DNA of 64,000 bases from Octopus sinensis (GCF_006345805.1 NC_043001.1:124992001-125056000); one strand, 5' to 3'. Positions 36,709 through 49,696 are shown, numbered from the stretch's first letter. Numbers and translations: made by a program. The notes: generated by a model from the sequence alone, not told the origin.

Positions 36709-37527
36709 CCACACAGTATCATTCTAAAAATACACAACCACATCATTGAATTTTCAAAGCTACAAAATAATGCGTCAATGAATACTCATTACATTTCACA
36801 GTCAGCTGAATGCTAAAGGGTTGGAGCAGTTCTGAACAGACTACATTTCCAGCTGCTTCCTACTGTCATCGTGGCTCCCTCTTGCTACTGAATCTATCTC
36901 CTTGACTGTGAAGATAGTGTCATTAGGAAATGTGCACCCCCCTCTCCCTCACTCCACTTCCCAACACCATTAGAAAGCTTTATTGCACAGCTGTCTTCAC
37001 CTGCAGTGGGACTCCTGAGTCTCAGGAATGGTCTTTGTGGTGATCAAGATATCAGGTGTATCTGCAATCATGAAATAATGTCACTTCTGTAATTTCTTTG
37101 CCATGAGGCTGCATGGTAGTTGTAGCATAAGTGGTAGTAGTTGCGATTCTCCAATAGCTCACATGGCTGCATTCTTAATTGCTGCTGCTCTTTAAGTACA
37201 GCCATCTATCAATCCACAGTTAAAGTGTGTGTGTGTGTGCCCTTCCTAACGCCAACCACTCCGTGAGTGTAGTGGATGCTTTTTACGTGCCACCTCCAGC
37301 CTCGCCTGGCTCCAGTGCAGGTGGCACGTAAAAAGCATCCACTACACTCACGGAGTGGTTGGCGTTAGGAAGGGCATCCAGCTGTAGAAACATTGCCAGA
37401 TAAGACCGGAGCCTGGTGCAGCCTTCTGACTTCCCAGATCCCCGGTCGAACCGTCCAACCCATGCTAGCATGGAGAACGGACGTTAAACGATGATGATTA
37501 TATATATATATATATATATTATATTCT

Positions 37528-37820
37528 ATTAATAAAAGGATTTCCAACCTTGTCTGATTTTCACGTTTTATTTACAATCTTATAATGATATAATATAAGA
37601 TAAAATTTTGACGGTCAAAAATTGTGAAGCATGACTGTCACCACTACTACATGAACCTGAAGATTGCATAATTTAATGCATGAAAGTACTAGTTCAATCA
37701 GAATGAACATTTAACATTCTACTATTTTATTTTATTCTATTATATTATCTTATATTATATCATTATAAGATTGTAAATAAAACGTGAAAATCAGACAAGG
37801 TTGGAATTCCTTTTATTAAT
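37528..37820 (+). mobile_element. Penelope-like fold-back remnant
   Basis: 76-bp arms (37528-37603 / 37745-37820, one mismatch) around a loop containing a canonical hammerhead core. Confidence 0.7.
37652..37696 (+). ncRNA. Minimal type-I hammerhead ribozyme motif, canonical core
   Basis: TGAAC-CTGAAGA-T-TGCAT[AATTTA]ATGCA-T-GAAA-GTAC-TA-GTTCA. Stem I 5 bp, stem II 5 bp, palindromic stem III AGTACT, NUH = CUA. Confidence 0.75.
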
Positions 37821-38539
37821 ATATTCTTCTATACACAATCACACACACCCGTATATATATATATATACGTATGTGTGTGTATTTGAAAAAATGAATAGAA
37901 ATTTTTCCACTTCGATAATTAAATGAACTTATAAACATCTAATTATTAAAGTGGGAAAAATTATCAGAAAACCCATTTCTATTGATTCTTTCAAATATAT
38001 AATACTGTACCAAAGACTTTCCATTTCTTATTCTACTATATATATATCTAATCATCATTATTGTTTCCATACTTGCTTGGGTTGGATGGAGTTTGTTGAA
38101 GCAGATTTTCTGTGGTTGGATTCCGTTCCTGTTGCCAATCCTTACCCATTTCCAAGCAAGGTAATATTTCCCCAAGTTTTTTTTTTTTTTTTGCAGAAAA
38201 TTGGAAATAAAATGACACTGCTGATATAACAGTGGCACTCGTTTACAGCCATCACAAAATATCAATTCATAGATACACAAACACACACACATATATAACT
38301 GTCTGTCTGTCCATCCATCCATCCAGTCATTCATACATGCTTGCACATACACACACACACACGACCAGTTTCTTTAAACTTCTGTCTACCAAATCTACTC
38401 AAGGGTTTGGTTTCTCCAAGGCTTTAGAAGACACTTGCTCAAGGTACCATGCAGTACATTTGAAACTGAAATTATGCAGTGGGGAAGCACACTTCCTAAC
38501 CACACAGCCATGCCTGCACCTGTATCGAGTTGCACATGA

Positions 38540-38720
38540 GAAAGTAAGGAGGGATGTCAGGAAGGGCATTGCTGTTACACTTCCAGAAGGGAAGGATCTT
38601 CCTTTGATTCTGACATGCAATGTCTGTGCAAGACCCTGCATCAGTAAAGCTGGACTCATGAGTCATCTTCGTAGTCATAAAACGAGACAGATGACTGACA
38701 ACCTGGCCACTGGTGGTGGT
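38540..38720 (+). mobile_element. RTE LINE C-terminal fragment
   Basis: LTCNVCARPCISKAGLMSHLRSH, the terminal zinc-finger-like motif typical of RTE ORFs. Confidence 0.7.
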
Positions 38721-38959
38721 GTAATTCGGAAGGAGGACTTAAACAACATGCAAAGGTACATGAAACCCAGTTACAACTACAGCCGGCTATTACCAGTAAA
38801 GGTTTTAGTTGCCAATTTTGTACAAGACATTGTAGATCTTTAGCTGGGCTAAAAAGTCACATTCGATCACAGCACCAGTAACAGTCAAGCTTCATGCAAT
38901 GGCCATACTCGATAACGAGGGGGCAGCCATAATATGTATATATATACATATATCTCTCT

Positions 38960-39205
38960 CTCTATCCGCTCAGTCGAAGTCGACTCTCGGTCACTCGTTG
39001 GATCAGTGTCCTCCAGTCAGTTCTATCCTGGGCCACTTCCTTCAGACTGGCCATGTCCATTCTGGTATCACTCCTGATGGTGTCAAGCCAGTGGGTTCTT
39101 GGTCGACCTCTTCCTCTCTTGCCACTGACCATTCCGAGCATGATGTCCTTCTCCAGGGATTCTCTCCGCATAATATGACCGAAATATGCCAATCTACGCT
39201 TGATG
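38960..39205 (-). mobile_element. RTE/BovB-like LINE 3' end
   Basis: YFGHIMRRESLEKDIMLGMVSGKRGRGRPRTHWLDTI...DRTDWR...ESRLRLSG*. Confidence 0.85.
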
Positions 39206-39617
39206 AGAAGATGAGAGGAAATACGAACTTACATAAACACACACACACACACACACCACACACACATATATATATATGTATATCCCCCTCCAAAGCCCAA
39301 CCGTTCTCCTCACCGTGGTGCTGGGGGTGGCAATGGCATGTGGCTATATATGTGTGTGTGTGTGTTTATGTAAGTTCGTATTTCCTCTCATCTTCACATG
39401 TGCTCACTGATTATAAACAAAAGGCTCGGTCATGCCTTGTCTGTTTCCACTTCTCTACATAACCATGTCCAGGTTGTTTGTTTTTTTAAAAGACCTTCAC
39501 TTGGAAACAGGTGTGGTTGGCATCAGGAAGGGCATCTAGCCTTAGAAAGCTCTGCCTCAATGTACTCCTGCCTAACCCAGTCAAGCTTGGAAAAGTTGGC
39601 ATTAAAGCCACAATGAT

Positions 39618-39997
39618 GATGATCATCATCATCATCATTTAGCGTCCGCTTTCCATGCTAGCATGGGTTGGACAGTTCAACTGGGGTCTGGGAAGCCAGA
39701 AGGCTGCACCAGGCCCAGTCTGATCTGGCAATGTTTCTACAGCTGGATGCCCTTCCTAACGCCAACCACTCCGTGAGTGTAGTGGGTGCTTTTTACGTGC
39801 CACCGGCACAGGTGCCAGATGGGGCTGGCAAACAGCCACGGACGGTGCTTTTTACATGCCACCGGCATGGGGGCCAGGCAAGGCTGGCAACGGCTACGAT
39901 CGAATGGTACTTTTTACGTGCCACCGGCACGGAAGCCAGTTGGGGCGGCGTTGGCAACGGCCACAGTCGGATGGTGCTTTTTACATGCCACCGGGTG
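39618..39997 (-). mobile_element. Retroposon family C, reverse orientation with internal ~60-bp tandem units
   Basis: Further - copies at 35513-35652, 41275-41545, 45428-45825, 47455-47643, 48492-48905 and 61784-62150. Older relatives at about 24250, 26060, 31310, 38040 and 47160. Confidence 0.85.
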
Positions 39998-40371
39998 ATA
40001 ATAATAATAATAATAATATATATGGCTGGTGGGGGGTTAAGAAATTCACTTCCCAGTCACAAGATTCCAGGTTTAATCTTACTGTGTGGTACCTTGGGTT
40101 AGTATCTTCTATCACACCTTTCGACCACTCCAAGCCTTGACTATAATTGTGTAGATGGAATCTGTGAAGCCGATCAGATGAATTTTACCTGTAATTCAAA
40201 TAGCCAGCTGTTTCACTGATTCTACCTGAGGGTTACCTCGAATACAAATGTCTGTGGAATACACAGTCATTTATGCTGTTGCATAACGAATAAGCACATC
40301 TGTAGCTCAAACAGTTAGACTCTTCGTTCATCAAAACTATCTCAAGGTCCATCTGTGTATGTATGTGTATA

Positions 40372-40575
40372 CTCTTTTACTTGTTTTAGTCATTTGACTG
40401 CAGTCATGCTGGAGCAGCGCCTTTTTAATCGAGCAGCTCGACCCCGGGACTTATTCTTTTGTAAGCCCAGTACTTATTCTATCGGTCTCTTTTGCCGAAC
40501 CGCTAAGTGACGGGAACGTAAACACACCAGCATCGGTTGTCAAGCAATGCTAGGGGGACAAACATAGACACACAA

Positions 40576-40610
<35 letters not shown>

Positions 40611-40782
40611 CATATATACGACGGGCTTCTTTCAGTTTCCGTCTACCAAATCCACTCACAAAGCTTTGGTCGGCCCGAGGCTATAGTAGAAGACACTTGC
40701 CCAACGTACCACGCAGTGGGACTGAACCCGGAACCATGTGGTTGGTAAACAAGCTACTTACCACACAGCCACTCCTACGCCT
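40372..40782 (-). mobile_element. SINE family A (intron 2)
   Basis: Reverse-complement homology. Confidence 0.9.
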
Positions 40783-42294
40783 ATTGTATGTCTGCAGATT
40801 TAACCTTTTAGCATTCAGATTTAGACTGCCAAGCACGATGCTCATTGATTCAAATTGGTTTGAATTAATCCTGCATTATATTGTAGCTTTGAGATTTCGA
40901 TGATGTGCTGGCATATATTTAGAATGACATTTTATGGTAAGTGTGAGAGGCCGAATTTGGTCAGTTTAAGCTATAAAACATGTAGAATATTTGGGCCTGA
41001 TATGGCTAGTTTATCATGTGAAAGGGTTAACATTATAAACCAAAATATTCCTTTTTACTATAGACACAGGGCCTGAAATTTTGTGGGAGGGGGCTAGTCG
41101 ATTACATCAATCCCAGTGCTTGACTGGTACTTATTTTATTGACTCTGAAAGGATGAAAGGCAAAGTTGACCTCAGCAGAATTTGAACTTGCAACATAAGG
41201 ATGGACTGAATGTCACTAAGCATTTATTTTATCCAGTGTACTAACAATTCTGCCAGCTTACCACCCTATTCGTCATCATCATCATCATCATTTAATGTCT
41301 GTTTTCCATGCTGGCATGGGTTGAACAGCTTGACAGAGACTTGCAATGCCAGGCCGGCACCAGGTTCCATAGTCTGTTTTGGTTTTGTTTATACTGCTAG
41401 ATACCCTTCCCAATGGCAACTGCTTTACAGAGTGTACTGAGTGCTTTTTATGTCACACTATTGCCAGTGTTTTTTACATGGCACCAGCACCAGGGTTTTT
41501 TACATGCCACCTGCACCTACACCAATGCTTTTTACATGGCACCTTGGTTTTCAGATATCTGTTCTGTTGTGGTGGGCAAGTCTTATTATAAACCATGATA
41601 TTAATTTTGAAAATCATTAGACTTATCCATTTAGTTTTTTCGTGTCTATATTTTTAATAAAATACAGTCTGTAAGATTTAATTCGTATTGAGAATAATCA
41701 AGAATTTGGAGTTGGAGGGATTTAATAAACTAATCTTGTCCATTGTTTGAAGTGTAACATAACTGTGCATCCCAGTTTTAGCAGAAATACACTGTATCCC
41801 TTCAGGTCATGATACGTAACTAAAGGGATTGGCAACAGGAAAGGGTCCTGGCTTTAAAACTCTGTCCTTATGATTCTGCTTTAATCAATCAGAAAACTGC
41901 TATGAGACCTGTTGTTGTTGTTGGCAACCTAACAAAAGATTCTTACATAAACTTATGATGGAAATTTTAAATTTAAATATGAACGCTTAAAACAATTTTA
42001 TATCATAGAAGTAGGGGTGATTTCCTCACTATTTCCACTTCAGTCCATAATGCTGATAAATTTGGACATAGAGTATTAGTATCTATGGAAAAGAAACTCA
42101 CAAAGCTGTAAATAGAAAAAAGTGGACAATAGGCATTTTGTTCAAGACATCTAATTGGAGGGAGAGAAAATGGTTATATCAACCACAATTAATTACTTGT
42201 ACTTTCTTTGTCATAACCAGAGCTATGGTCCAACCCGTGCTAGCGCGGAAAACGGACGTTAAACGATGATGATGATAGCATTTTCAGATACTTG

Positions 42295-42497
42295 CTTCTG
42301 ATAGAACCTTCTGAAGCACATGTCTGGAAGCCATCTACTCGCAATACCAGAGGGTGCACACTCTCCTACCCTGATGTAATCTCCAGGGATACAGGCATCC
42401 AGCAACAGGACCTCCGTAATGCTATGATGGACCGTGAAGTCTGGCGTAGCATGGTAAATTCCATTGTCTCAACCACGGTCGAACAATGATGATGACA
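42295..42497 (+). mobile_element. RTE-like LINE 3' end with (GAT)n tail
   Basis: WKPSTRNTRGCTLSYPDVISRDTG...MMDREVWRSMV...VEQ* then GATGAT. Confidence 0.7.
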
Positions 42498-43273
42498 TGT
42501 CTGAGAACTCTGTCCCCACCACCACTTGCCCATAGCTCTCACAGGAATAGCTAGATATGAAGAGGGATGGATGGATTTTCTTTACTGTCTCCCAGAGTTT
42601 AAAGCAACGTAATTAGATACTGCAAAGTCATCCATTGTTCTGCTTGTACATCATCACCCTATCATGTATGATATTTAATGTCTTTGACAAGGATCTGTAA
42701 ACTAGGGTAGCAAGGGAAGTAGAAAGATATCATTGCTATTTTATAGCGCTATATTTTACAAAGGCTACTGAAAACTTGGAGTTGTAGGCAGAATGGAAAA
42801 TGGATTTCATTCATATCAATGCCTTTTAAAAGAGCTTCTAATAACAGGGGTGTATCAGGTGAAATATAAAGATTTCATTGATGTATTAAATGGTTATCTT
42901 TTACAAAGACTAATTGTACAGGCATTGCACAACATGGATAAGAAGCTTGTTTTATAACCATGAGCTTTTGAGTTTAGGCCTTCTGTGTAACTGACCCATG
43001 CCTTGTGAGGAAATTTAGTTGACAGAAACTGCAGGAATCCCATCATATATATATCATTTCTTAGGGGTTATCAATCTGGGCAAAGCATTTCTTAAGCTCT
43101 CTGCTAATACAACTACACCAGGCTAATAAAAAGTTTTTTAATTGGAATATGACTCCAGATAATCCTAATGCAAGATCCAAAGTTGAAGTCCATCACCAAT
43201 TGACTTTGTAAAGCCATGATTGCATTATGAAGTTAATACAGTATGTTTTCCCAGAGTGAAACAATTGTAAATC

Positions 43274-43313
<40 letters not shown>

Positions 43314-44574
43314 TAGCCTTTTTTTTAATACCTTTTCTTGTGTGTGTACATGAACATTGGTATTCCATGCTTAGAAACAGTAATGATGTTGATATTTGGT
43401 ATAGATATTATAACCAATCACTCTGATTTTGAAAACCTCTTGAAAAACAGGTAAGGGTTGGCAGCAGGAAGAGCATCTAGTCATAAACTCGTGCCTTAAA
43501 TAACATCACTGTCCAACTTATGTTATTATGGAAAAACAGATGTAGAACAAAAGAATGAACTAAAAGCTGAGTGAAATAGAAAGAAGATATTGCTAATATA
43601 TTATCTTTTACAAGGGTTTCTGCAACAGCAGTGGGATTCATTCTTACTCTGCTTACTTGGTTAATCAAGAACTGTTGTATTTTGGCATTTACTGCTGATA
43701 AATATTTTTTCTACTCTAGGCACAAGGCCTGAAATTTTTTGGGAGGGGGGGCTGTCCATTAGATCAACCCAAGTACACAACTGGTACTTAATATTTCAAC
43801 TCTGAAGGGATGAAAGGCAAAGTCAACTGCTGATAAATATTGATTTCAAATTTTGGCACAAGGCCAGCAATTTCTGGGGAGGGGATACGTTGATAACATT
43901 GACCCCGGTGTTCAACTGGTACTTATTTTATCGACCCTGAAAGGATGTAAGGCAACTTCAGTGGAATTTGAACTCAGGACACAAAGAGAAATGAAATGCC
44001 ACTAGGCATTTTGCCCAGCACACCAACAATCCTTACTGCTGATAAATATTAAAATTGTAGTTTAGGAGAACAATTTCATGGTCTTGTTTTAAAAACATTA
44101 AGAATGTAGTCTGTCTGTTACAAATGGAAATCAGTTTTATGTAATCCTGATCCTTTATCACATTTTTGATTAATCTCTACTTTTAATGTTTTCTTTATAT
44201 ATTTTATTTTAGTTTTGTGCCTTTCAAACTGATTCACTATCTTTAATTTAATGCATTAGCATTGAACCAATTAACTAATTGATTGATTGATCAACCATTC
44301 AGTCAATCAATCAATCAACTAGGTTGGCCAAAGTTCTGTCTTTGCCATTCTTGATGTCATCAATGACATACCCTCTCTACTCCAGGTCAGCTGTTCTGAA
44401 TGGCGATGAAAGGTCTTTGCCAAACCCAACTGTCTGCCTGATTGACCAAATGATTAATCAAACAATCAATTACTTAATTAGTTAAATTTTAAGAAAATTA
44501 ACTAATAAAAGAAGTGCAATAGAATCTGTGTATATCCTTAATTTACTTTTTTTCTTTTCCTCTCTCCAATGCAG

Positions 44575-44828
44575 ATTCCAGCAGCCTACACACCCGGACA
44601 TCCAGTGTCCAGAGCTTTGGTAGCATCTCCAGCACAAATTCAGCCTACTCTGTCTCGAGAACATCCTACTCAGGCGTGTCTCAGTCACCCAGCAGCTTGG
44701 TGCCACAGAGCCCTGACGACATCCCTCCTGTTGACCCCCATGCCTTAATGGATCTTGAGACTCAAGCCAAACAGGTGGCTGACCGTTTGGACCACATGAT
44801 GTCTAGCCTCAAATCTAATCTTCATAAG
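44575..44828 (+). CDS. BORCS6: BORCS6 coding exon 3
   Basis: TGCAG acceptor after a pyrimidine tract. Phase 1 (G+AT=D). Encodes a Ser-rich linker then IPPVDPHALMDLETQAKQVADRLDHMMSSLKSNLHK, the start of the DUF2365 coiled coil. Donor AAG|GTAAGC. Confidence 0.93.
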
Positions 44829-46283
44829 GTAAGCACCACACTTGAACATAATTCCGTATAATGAGGACTGTTACTTTATTGCAATGTCTCGTAAAAATTG
44901 TGATGACACATGGCCTGATGGTTCGGTTGTTGCACTTCTAATTGCAAAGTGATGGTTTCAGTTTCCTGACTAGGTGGCATGATATGTCCTTCAGCAAGAC
45001 ACTTCATTTCATGTTGCTCCAGTTCACTTCACTGAAAAGGACTTTCATCTGTTACAGAGTGGCACCCTACACCAAAATCTTGTATATGTAAGCTGTCAGC
45101 AGCCCTTGATGGTTACTGGAGGAAAACCAAATGGTCATAATCTATAATACATGCAATACACAAAATATTTCACAAATTTTTTTATACAATTCCTAATAAT
45201 AATATATTTTAAAATGTAATTGGATTTTATTTAAACATCGAATAACTATAGAGGTTCAGTTGAGTAAAGTAGGAATCAAAGTGACCCATAGACAAAAAAA
45301 AATGGTTGAGAAATACTGTTCTGTAGGATGATGCTAATCTGTTGAGGATAACATTCTTAGAACAGTTGGTATTTTTTGCCAAAGGCTTGGTTAACGATGG
45401 CATGTGAAATTTAATCTTTGCCCAAATCATCATCATCATCATCGTTTAGCATCCGCTTTTCATGCTAGCATGGGTTGGACGGTTCAACTGGGGGTCTGGG
45501 AAGCCAGAAGGCTGCACCAGGCCCAGTCTGATCTGGCAATGTTTCTACGGCTGGATGCCCTTCCTAACGCCAACCACTCCATGAGTGTAGTGGGTGCTTT
45601 TTACGTGCCACCGGCACAGAGGCCAGGCGAGGCTGGCAAACAGCCACGATCGGATGGTGTTTTTTACGTGCCACCGTAACGGAGGCCAGGCGAGGCTGGC
45701 AACGGCCACGATCGGATGGTGCTTTTTACGTGCCACCGACACGGAGGCCAGTCAGGGCGGTGCTGGCAACGGCCACGTTCGGATGGTTCTATTATGTGCC
45801 ACCAGCACTGGTATCACAGCTACAATTTCCATTCATGTTGATCGATTTTGATTTTTGCTCGATGATAAATAAACAAGCTGTCAGTCCTCAATATTTGTTA
45901 CAACTACTTGCATCCTTTTAAATCAAAATGGTTTTTTGTTGTCTTTTTTTCATTCAGCATTCTCTTCAATGAGACTATTTTTTCCTTTAATTAGTAAGTA
46001 ATTGGAGGGCATGCTAATGACATTTTACAGACCCTCCCATATTTGGTACATCACTGCAGTTGACATTTAATCTGAACTTTTGGTTAGTGTATCAGACAGG
46101 ACTTTTTGAAATAGAAGGCTCAGGATGTTACACTTCCTCAAAACAAAATAATTTGTTTTGTAAACTCTTTGTACATATTATTTACAGAGGCAAACCATTA
46201 CTAAGTTTACTCAGATTCCCCTTTTGTGTATGCTCTTTCTCTCTCCACCCCCTTCTCTCTCTCATACACATTACTTCTGCCTT

Positions 46284-46488
46284 TCTCTTTTACTTGTTTC
46301 AGTCATTTGACTGCGGCCATGCTGGAGCACCGCCTTTTTTAGTCGAGCAAATCGACCCCAGGACTTATTCTTTGTAAGCATAGTACTTATCCTATCGGTC
46401 TCTTTTGCCGAACTGCTAAGTAACGGGGACGTAAACACACCAGCATCAGTTGTCAAGCGATGTTGGGGAGACAAATACAGACACACAA

Positions 46489-46524
<36 letters not shown>

Positions 46525-46673
46525 GACGGGCTTCTTTCAGTTTCCATCTACCAAATCCACTCACAAGGCTTTGGTTGGCCCGAGGCTATAGTAGAAGACA
46601 CTTGCCCAAGGTGCCACGCAGTGGGACTGAACCCGGAACTATGTGGTTGGTAAGCAAGCTACTTACCACACAG
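46284..46673 (-). mobile_element. SINE family A (intron 3)
   Basis: Reverse-complement homology. Confidence 0.9.
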
Positions 46674-48236
46674 ACCTTTTTTTAAAAAACCAAATACATT
46701 CTTCAGTTCACACATCTAATGCTCAGTTTGTAACATCTTCATGTTGACCTTAGTTGTGACCATAAGGTGTACAGGTTACTTTCTGAAAGCAAACAGCCAC
46801 ATATGTATAATCAAGTGTATATCTTACTTTTCGATTTCCTGTTTGAATGCAACAGTGGAAGTATTAAAGATAGAATCACCAAATTAATTTGCCAATAGAC
46901 AAAAAATCAAGAAATTGTCTGCTCATGTCCTCTCTACTGTCAAGAATTGTATCTTTGGAGATTTATTGACTTCAAGTAGCTTTTGTTCAATTATTCCTAT
47001 GGACAATCCCATCTGTAATAACCTTGAACCCTAACAGATAATAGATTAACAAAATCAATAAAACATTGGACAGAATGTTTCATGATGCTTGTTCTGACTC
47101 CCTATGCTCAAAGTTCAAACTCTACTAAGATCAGCTTTTCTTTTCATCATCATCATCATCATTATTATTATTATTTTAACGTCCCCTTTTCCATGCTTAC
47201 TTGGGTCAGATAGAGTTTATTGAGGCAGATTTTTTACTGCTAGATGCCTTTCCTATCACCAACCCTCACTTGTTTCCAAGCAAGGTAATATTTCACCTTG
47301 GCCATGTATGTTTTTCACAGTATTGGAAATGAATGACACCGTGTGTATGACAGTGACACTCATTTACAACAGTCACGTGATATCACGACAAGAAGCAGTC
47401 ACTCTCACATACCTGTATGTATGTATGTATGACATATATATATATATATATATCATCATCATCATCATCGTTTAGCGTCTACTTTCCATGCTGGCATGGG
47501 TTGGACGGTGCAACTGGGGTCTGGGAAGCCAGAAGGCTGCACCAGGCCCAGTCTGATCTGGAAGTGTTTCTACAGCTGGATGCCCTTCCTAACGCCAACC
47601 ACTCCATGAGTGTAGTGGGTGCTTTTTACATGCCACCGGCACACAATATATATATATATGGCTAGCTTCTTTCAGTTTCTGTCTAATAAATCTACTCACA
47701 AAGCTTTTATCAGCCTGAAGCTATAATGATAGACACTTACCCATGGTGCCATGCAGTGGGACTGAACCTGTAACCATGTGGTTGGGAAGCAAACTGCTAA
47801 ACCACACAGCCACCAGTTTGATTAAGAAGAAAAAGTATCAGTCCAAGGTGGTGTATTGGATAGGATGCCTTGCATTCTGAATTCAAATCCCTCCATGGCC
47901 TACTTGGGTGCTAGGCTTAATCCATTTTTCAATTCAATACCGCCACCACCACCATGCTTGCCTTTAGCAAAGTCAACCTGTTGTGAAAATTCAGGCCGGT
48001 CTCTGGCTCGAGAATATTTTCTCACCTCCTGACTAAAAAACAGAAAAAGAAATCCGGATTGAAGTGGCTTTCCATTTGCTTAAAACTATAGAAACTAGAG
48101 GTGTGTGCTAGGTTTTGTGGACTCTTGTGACCCAGACGGGATTCATTAACTCTTTATCATAACCAAAATTTTAAAAATCAAAAAAAACATTAAACAGGAT
48201 TTTATGTTTACTCTTCTCTTTTTCTATCACTTGTAG

Positions 48237-48320
48237 ATGTCTGCCTTGACCTCAGGGTGTTTGGATGCTTATAAAAAATCTGTTGATAGCACCTGTGATG
48301 CAGTTGATGCAAGTATCAAA
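48237..48320 (+). CDS. BORCS6: BORCS6 coding exon 4
   Basis: TTGTAG acceptor, 84 nt encoding MSALTSGCLDAYKKSVDSTCDAVDASIK, donor GTGAGT, phase 0/0. Confidence 0.93.
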
Positions 48321-49324
48321 GTGAGTTTTTGCTGGGTTTTTAATCATTTTAAATTCATTGTTTTTAGGCCTGGATCAAAAGCATTCCAAGACCAAGCCAT
48401 AGTTTTTTTCCCTTGTGTTTACATTATCCTATTTGCTTTGCTACTTTGATATATATATATATATATATATATAGTTATATATATATTATATCATCATCAT
48501 CATTTAACATCTGCTTTCCATGCTGGCATGGGTTGGATGGTTTGACTGAGGGCTGGCAAGCCAGAAGGCTGCACCAGGCTCCAATCTGATCTGGCAAAAT
48601 TTCTACAGCTGGATACCCTTCCTAACGCCAACCACTTTGAGAGTGTAGTGGGTGCCTTTTACATGCCACCGGCATGAGGGCCAGTCGGGTGGTACTGGCA
48701 TCAACCACGCTCAAATGGTGCTTTTTACATGTCACCGGCACAGGAGCCCTTCAGGCGACACTGGCAACAATCACGCTCAAATGGTGCTTTTTACATGCCA
48801 CAGACACAGGAGCTAGTCAGTTGGCACTGGCAACGATCACGCTCAAATGGTGCCTTTAACATGCCACTGGCATGGGTGCCAATCAGGCAGTACTGTCATC
48901 GGCCACAACAACAATTTCACTTGCCTCAACAGCTCTTCGCATGGGCTGGTTATGCAGCACTGGCATAGGCAGTATATATATGTATATATACATACTAGCA
49001 TACTTGCCCGGGTGTTATGACCTACAAGAACATTCTATTATTTGCTCCTTTCTTATGGGCAGAATTGGCACAGCTGATATATACTTAATGGAAGTTATTG
49101 CTTGTTTAATAGTGAAGGGCAAGGGTATAATTTGCATGAAAGTACTATGTATTGTTTCATCATATAAAAGGGGGTTAGTATGATTTTGTCCAGAAATCAC
49201 ATTTTCAATATTTACATTTCTCCCTATCCCCACCGCAATTTCTTAATTTGTAACTTTTTTTCGAATTTTTTTTTTTTGTTACCCACATAGATTACATATC
49301 TGGGAAACATATATATACGTTTAT

Positions 49325-49689
49325 ATATTTGTTGTGCAAGATTTTTTATGTGAAGTCGTGTGTTGAAACAGATATTGTTATATTTCGGAATGGTCATTTT
49401 GCCAGTTTAGCCAATAAAAACACACGCACGACATATTTGGTGTTACTTTGCTTCAGTGTTATATAGAAATACAAAATGGCTGACAGTTAGTAAGGAGAGA
49501 CACAAATAAGAAAGAAGAAAACAAAGGACCACTGATGTGGTCACAGGAGTGTGACGAAAGAACTCTGGCCGAAATAAGATTAAGATTAATATAAAAAATA
49601 AATAACACTGAAGCAAAGTAACACCAAATATATAGTGCGTGTGTTTTTATTGGCTAAACTGGCAAAATGACCATTCCAAAATATAACAA
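49325..49689 (+). mobile_element. Penelope-like fold-back remnant
   Basis: 88-bp arms (49375-49462 / 49602-49689, three mismatches), decayed hammerhead in the loop. The one-sided extension resembles that of the 59624 element. Confidence 0.65.
49526..49570 (+). ncRNA. Decayed minimal hammerhead motif
   Basis: GGACCA-CTGATGT-G-GTCAC[AGGAGT]GTGAC-GAAA-GAAC-TC-TGGCC. A9T, broken stem III palindrome and imperfect stem I. Confidence 0.5.
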
Positions 49690-49696
49690 GCATATA

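Larger units (their letters stand above)
35866..36820. mobile_element. piggyBac-like MITE carrying nested Penelope-like and SINE insertions
   Basis: CCCTTTAGCA at 35866 and TGCTAAAGGG ending at 36820. Internal pieces match the 19444 family. Confidence 0.6.

Noticed and set aside
39780-39997. CRISPR-like repeat-spacer array
   Set aside because: The spacers are homologous to each other, the context is a eukaryotic retroposon, and there are no cas genes.
44270-44487. Imperfect inverted ATTG/CAAT repeats upstream of exon 3 as a splicing element
   Set aside because: Low-complexity microsatellite pairing with many mismatches, not distinguishable from chance.
37652-49570. Cis heterodimer between the two sense-strand intronic hammerheads
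   Set aside because: The stem III palindromes are nearly compatible, but dimer formation swaps stem I partners and TGAAC/GTTCA cannot pair with GGACCA/TGGCC.
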